Below are positions 63,494-63,682 of a DNA stretch of 63,682 nt, piece by piece (the stretch's first letter is position 1; every line of letters begins with the position of its first letter). The position numbers and the translations under genes were made by a program. The stretch is from an uncultured Candidatus Saccharibacteria bacterium. GTDB taxonomy: Bacteria > Patescibacteriota > Minisyncoccia > UBA6257 > 2-01-FULL-56-20. The DNA is taken from the NCBI GenBank assembly GCA_964442965.1, contig CAYUBE010000002.1, positions 1-63,682 on the forward strand. The letters are read 5' to 3'. The notes under the pieces were generated by a model. That model saw only the letters and a list, made by a program, of their open reading frames with translations. It searched no databases and was not told the origin of the DNA.

Positions 63494-63521
63494 GCCGCCA
63501 TCGTCTAGGACACGTGGTTCT
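63494..63521 (+). pseudogene. tRNA-Glu 5' fragment ending in the anticodon loop
   Basis: GCCGCCATCGTCTAG-GACACGTGGTTCT against the intact GCCGCGTTCGTCTAG[TCTGGTCAG]GACGCATGGTTCT. 24/28 identity plus a 9-nt D-loop deletion. Similarity stops after anticodon position 35. Confidence 0.6.
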
Positions 63522-63557
63522 TGCCCCGTTTAAAATTAGTACCTATAATCTTTGCAT

Positions 63558-63631
63558 GCCGCGTTCGTCTAGTCTGGTCAGGACGCATGGTTCTCATCCA
63601 TGTAACACCAGTTCAAATCTGGTACGCGGTA
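63558..63631 (+). tRNA. tRNA-Glu (anticodon CUC)
   Basis: Acceptor GCCGCGT/ACGCGGT (G1-U72), D arm GTCT-AGTCTGGTCA-GGAC, anticodon loop TTCTCAT, T arm ACCAG-TTCAAAT-CTGGT. TATAAT 63544-63549 lies 8 nt upstream. Confidence 0.88.
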
Positions 63632-63682
63632 CAAAGACGCTTTTTCTTCCTCTGAAGGCTCAAAAGAGCTTGCCATTGCTAC

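Overview
63.7-kb bacterial window, standard code 11 (TGA is used as a stop, including in ATGA start/stop overlaps), mostly housekeeping genes on the plus strand. The content suggests a small-genome Patescibacteria/CPR-like organism; this is inference only, from an r-protein cluster with no L30, compact genes, pilin-like proteins and no Shine-Dalgarno use.

Recognisable content:
- dnaG and an ABC-2 exporter pair.
- An rplC-to-secY ribosomal protein cluster that lacks S10 at its head and L30 inside it, followed by two adenylate-kinase paralogues and map.
- A GT2 glycosyltransferase, greA, lysS, an AT-rich S51 peptidase and dnaE.
- tRNA-Thr followed by an HNH endonuclease.
- A pilin-like/secreted-protein cluster ending in a signal peptidase.
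- An IS200-like Y1 (RAYT-type) transposase with its palindromic repeats, then recG.
- tRNA-Lys, tRNA-Arg, an M50 protease and a metallophosphoesterase.
- tuf-rpsJ as an isolated unit, miaA, RNase P RNA and an AlkA-like glycosylase.
- A sugar-binding protein plus histidine kinase and response regulator, a compact uvrC, and tsaC.
- rplJ-rplL as an isolated unit, tRNA-Val and an orphan MazF-like toxin.
- A liv-type ABC operon with decay remnants and no livM.
- The start of the dcw cluster (mraZ-rsmH-ftsL-ftsI-murF) and tRNA-Glu.

No rRNA, CRISPR array or reverse transcriptase is visible.

The features that ordinary annotation does not explain are repeats and RNA-level architecture:
1. Nearly every operon spacer holds an imperfect hairpin built from a few short 'word' families, followed by a G-free, SD-less leader.
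2. Small palindromic elements of the same kinds sit in frame inside recG (twice), miaA and livG.
3. The RAYT-like gene has about 8 copies of a 25-nt palindrome, two of them inside its own ORF.
4. A tRNA-Lys gene appears split at its anticodon by a 274-bp insert that carries an intact replacement tRNA-Lys flanked by an 18-bp inverted repeat. A comparable 5' fragment lies upstream of tRNA-Glu.
5. Consensus -10 boxes lie 6-11 nt from many start codons, implying leaderless mRNAs.
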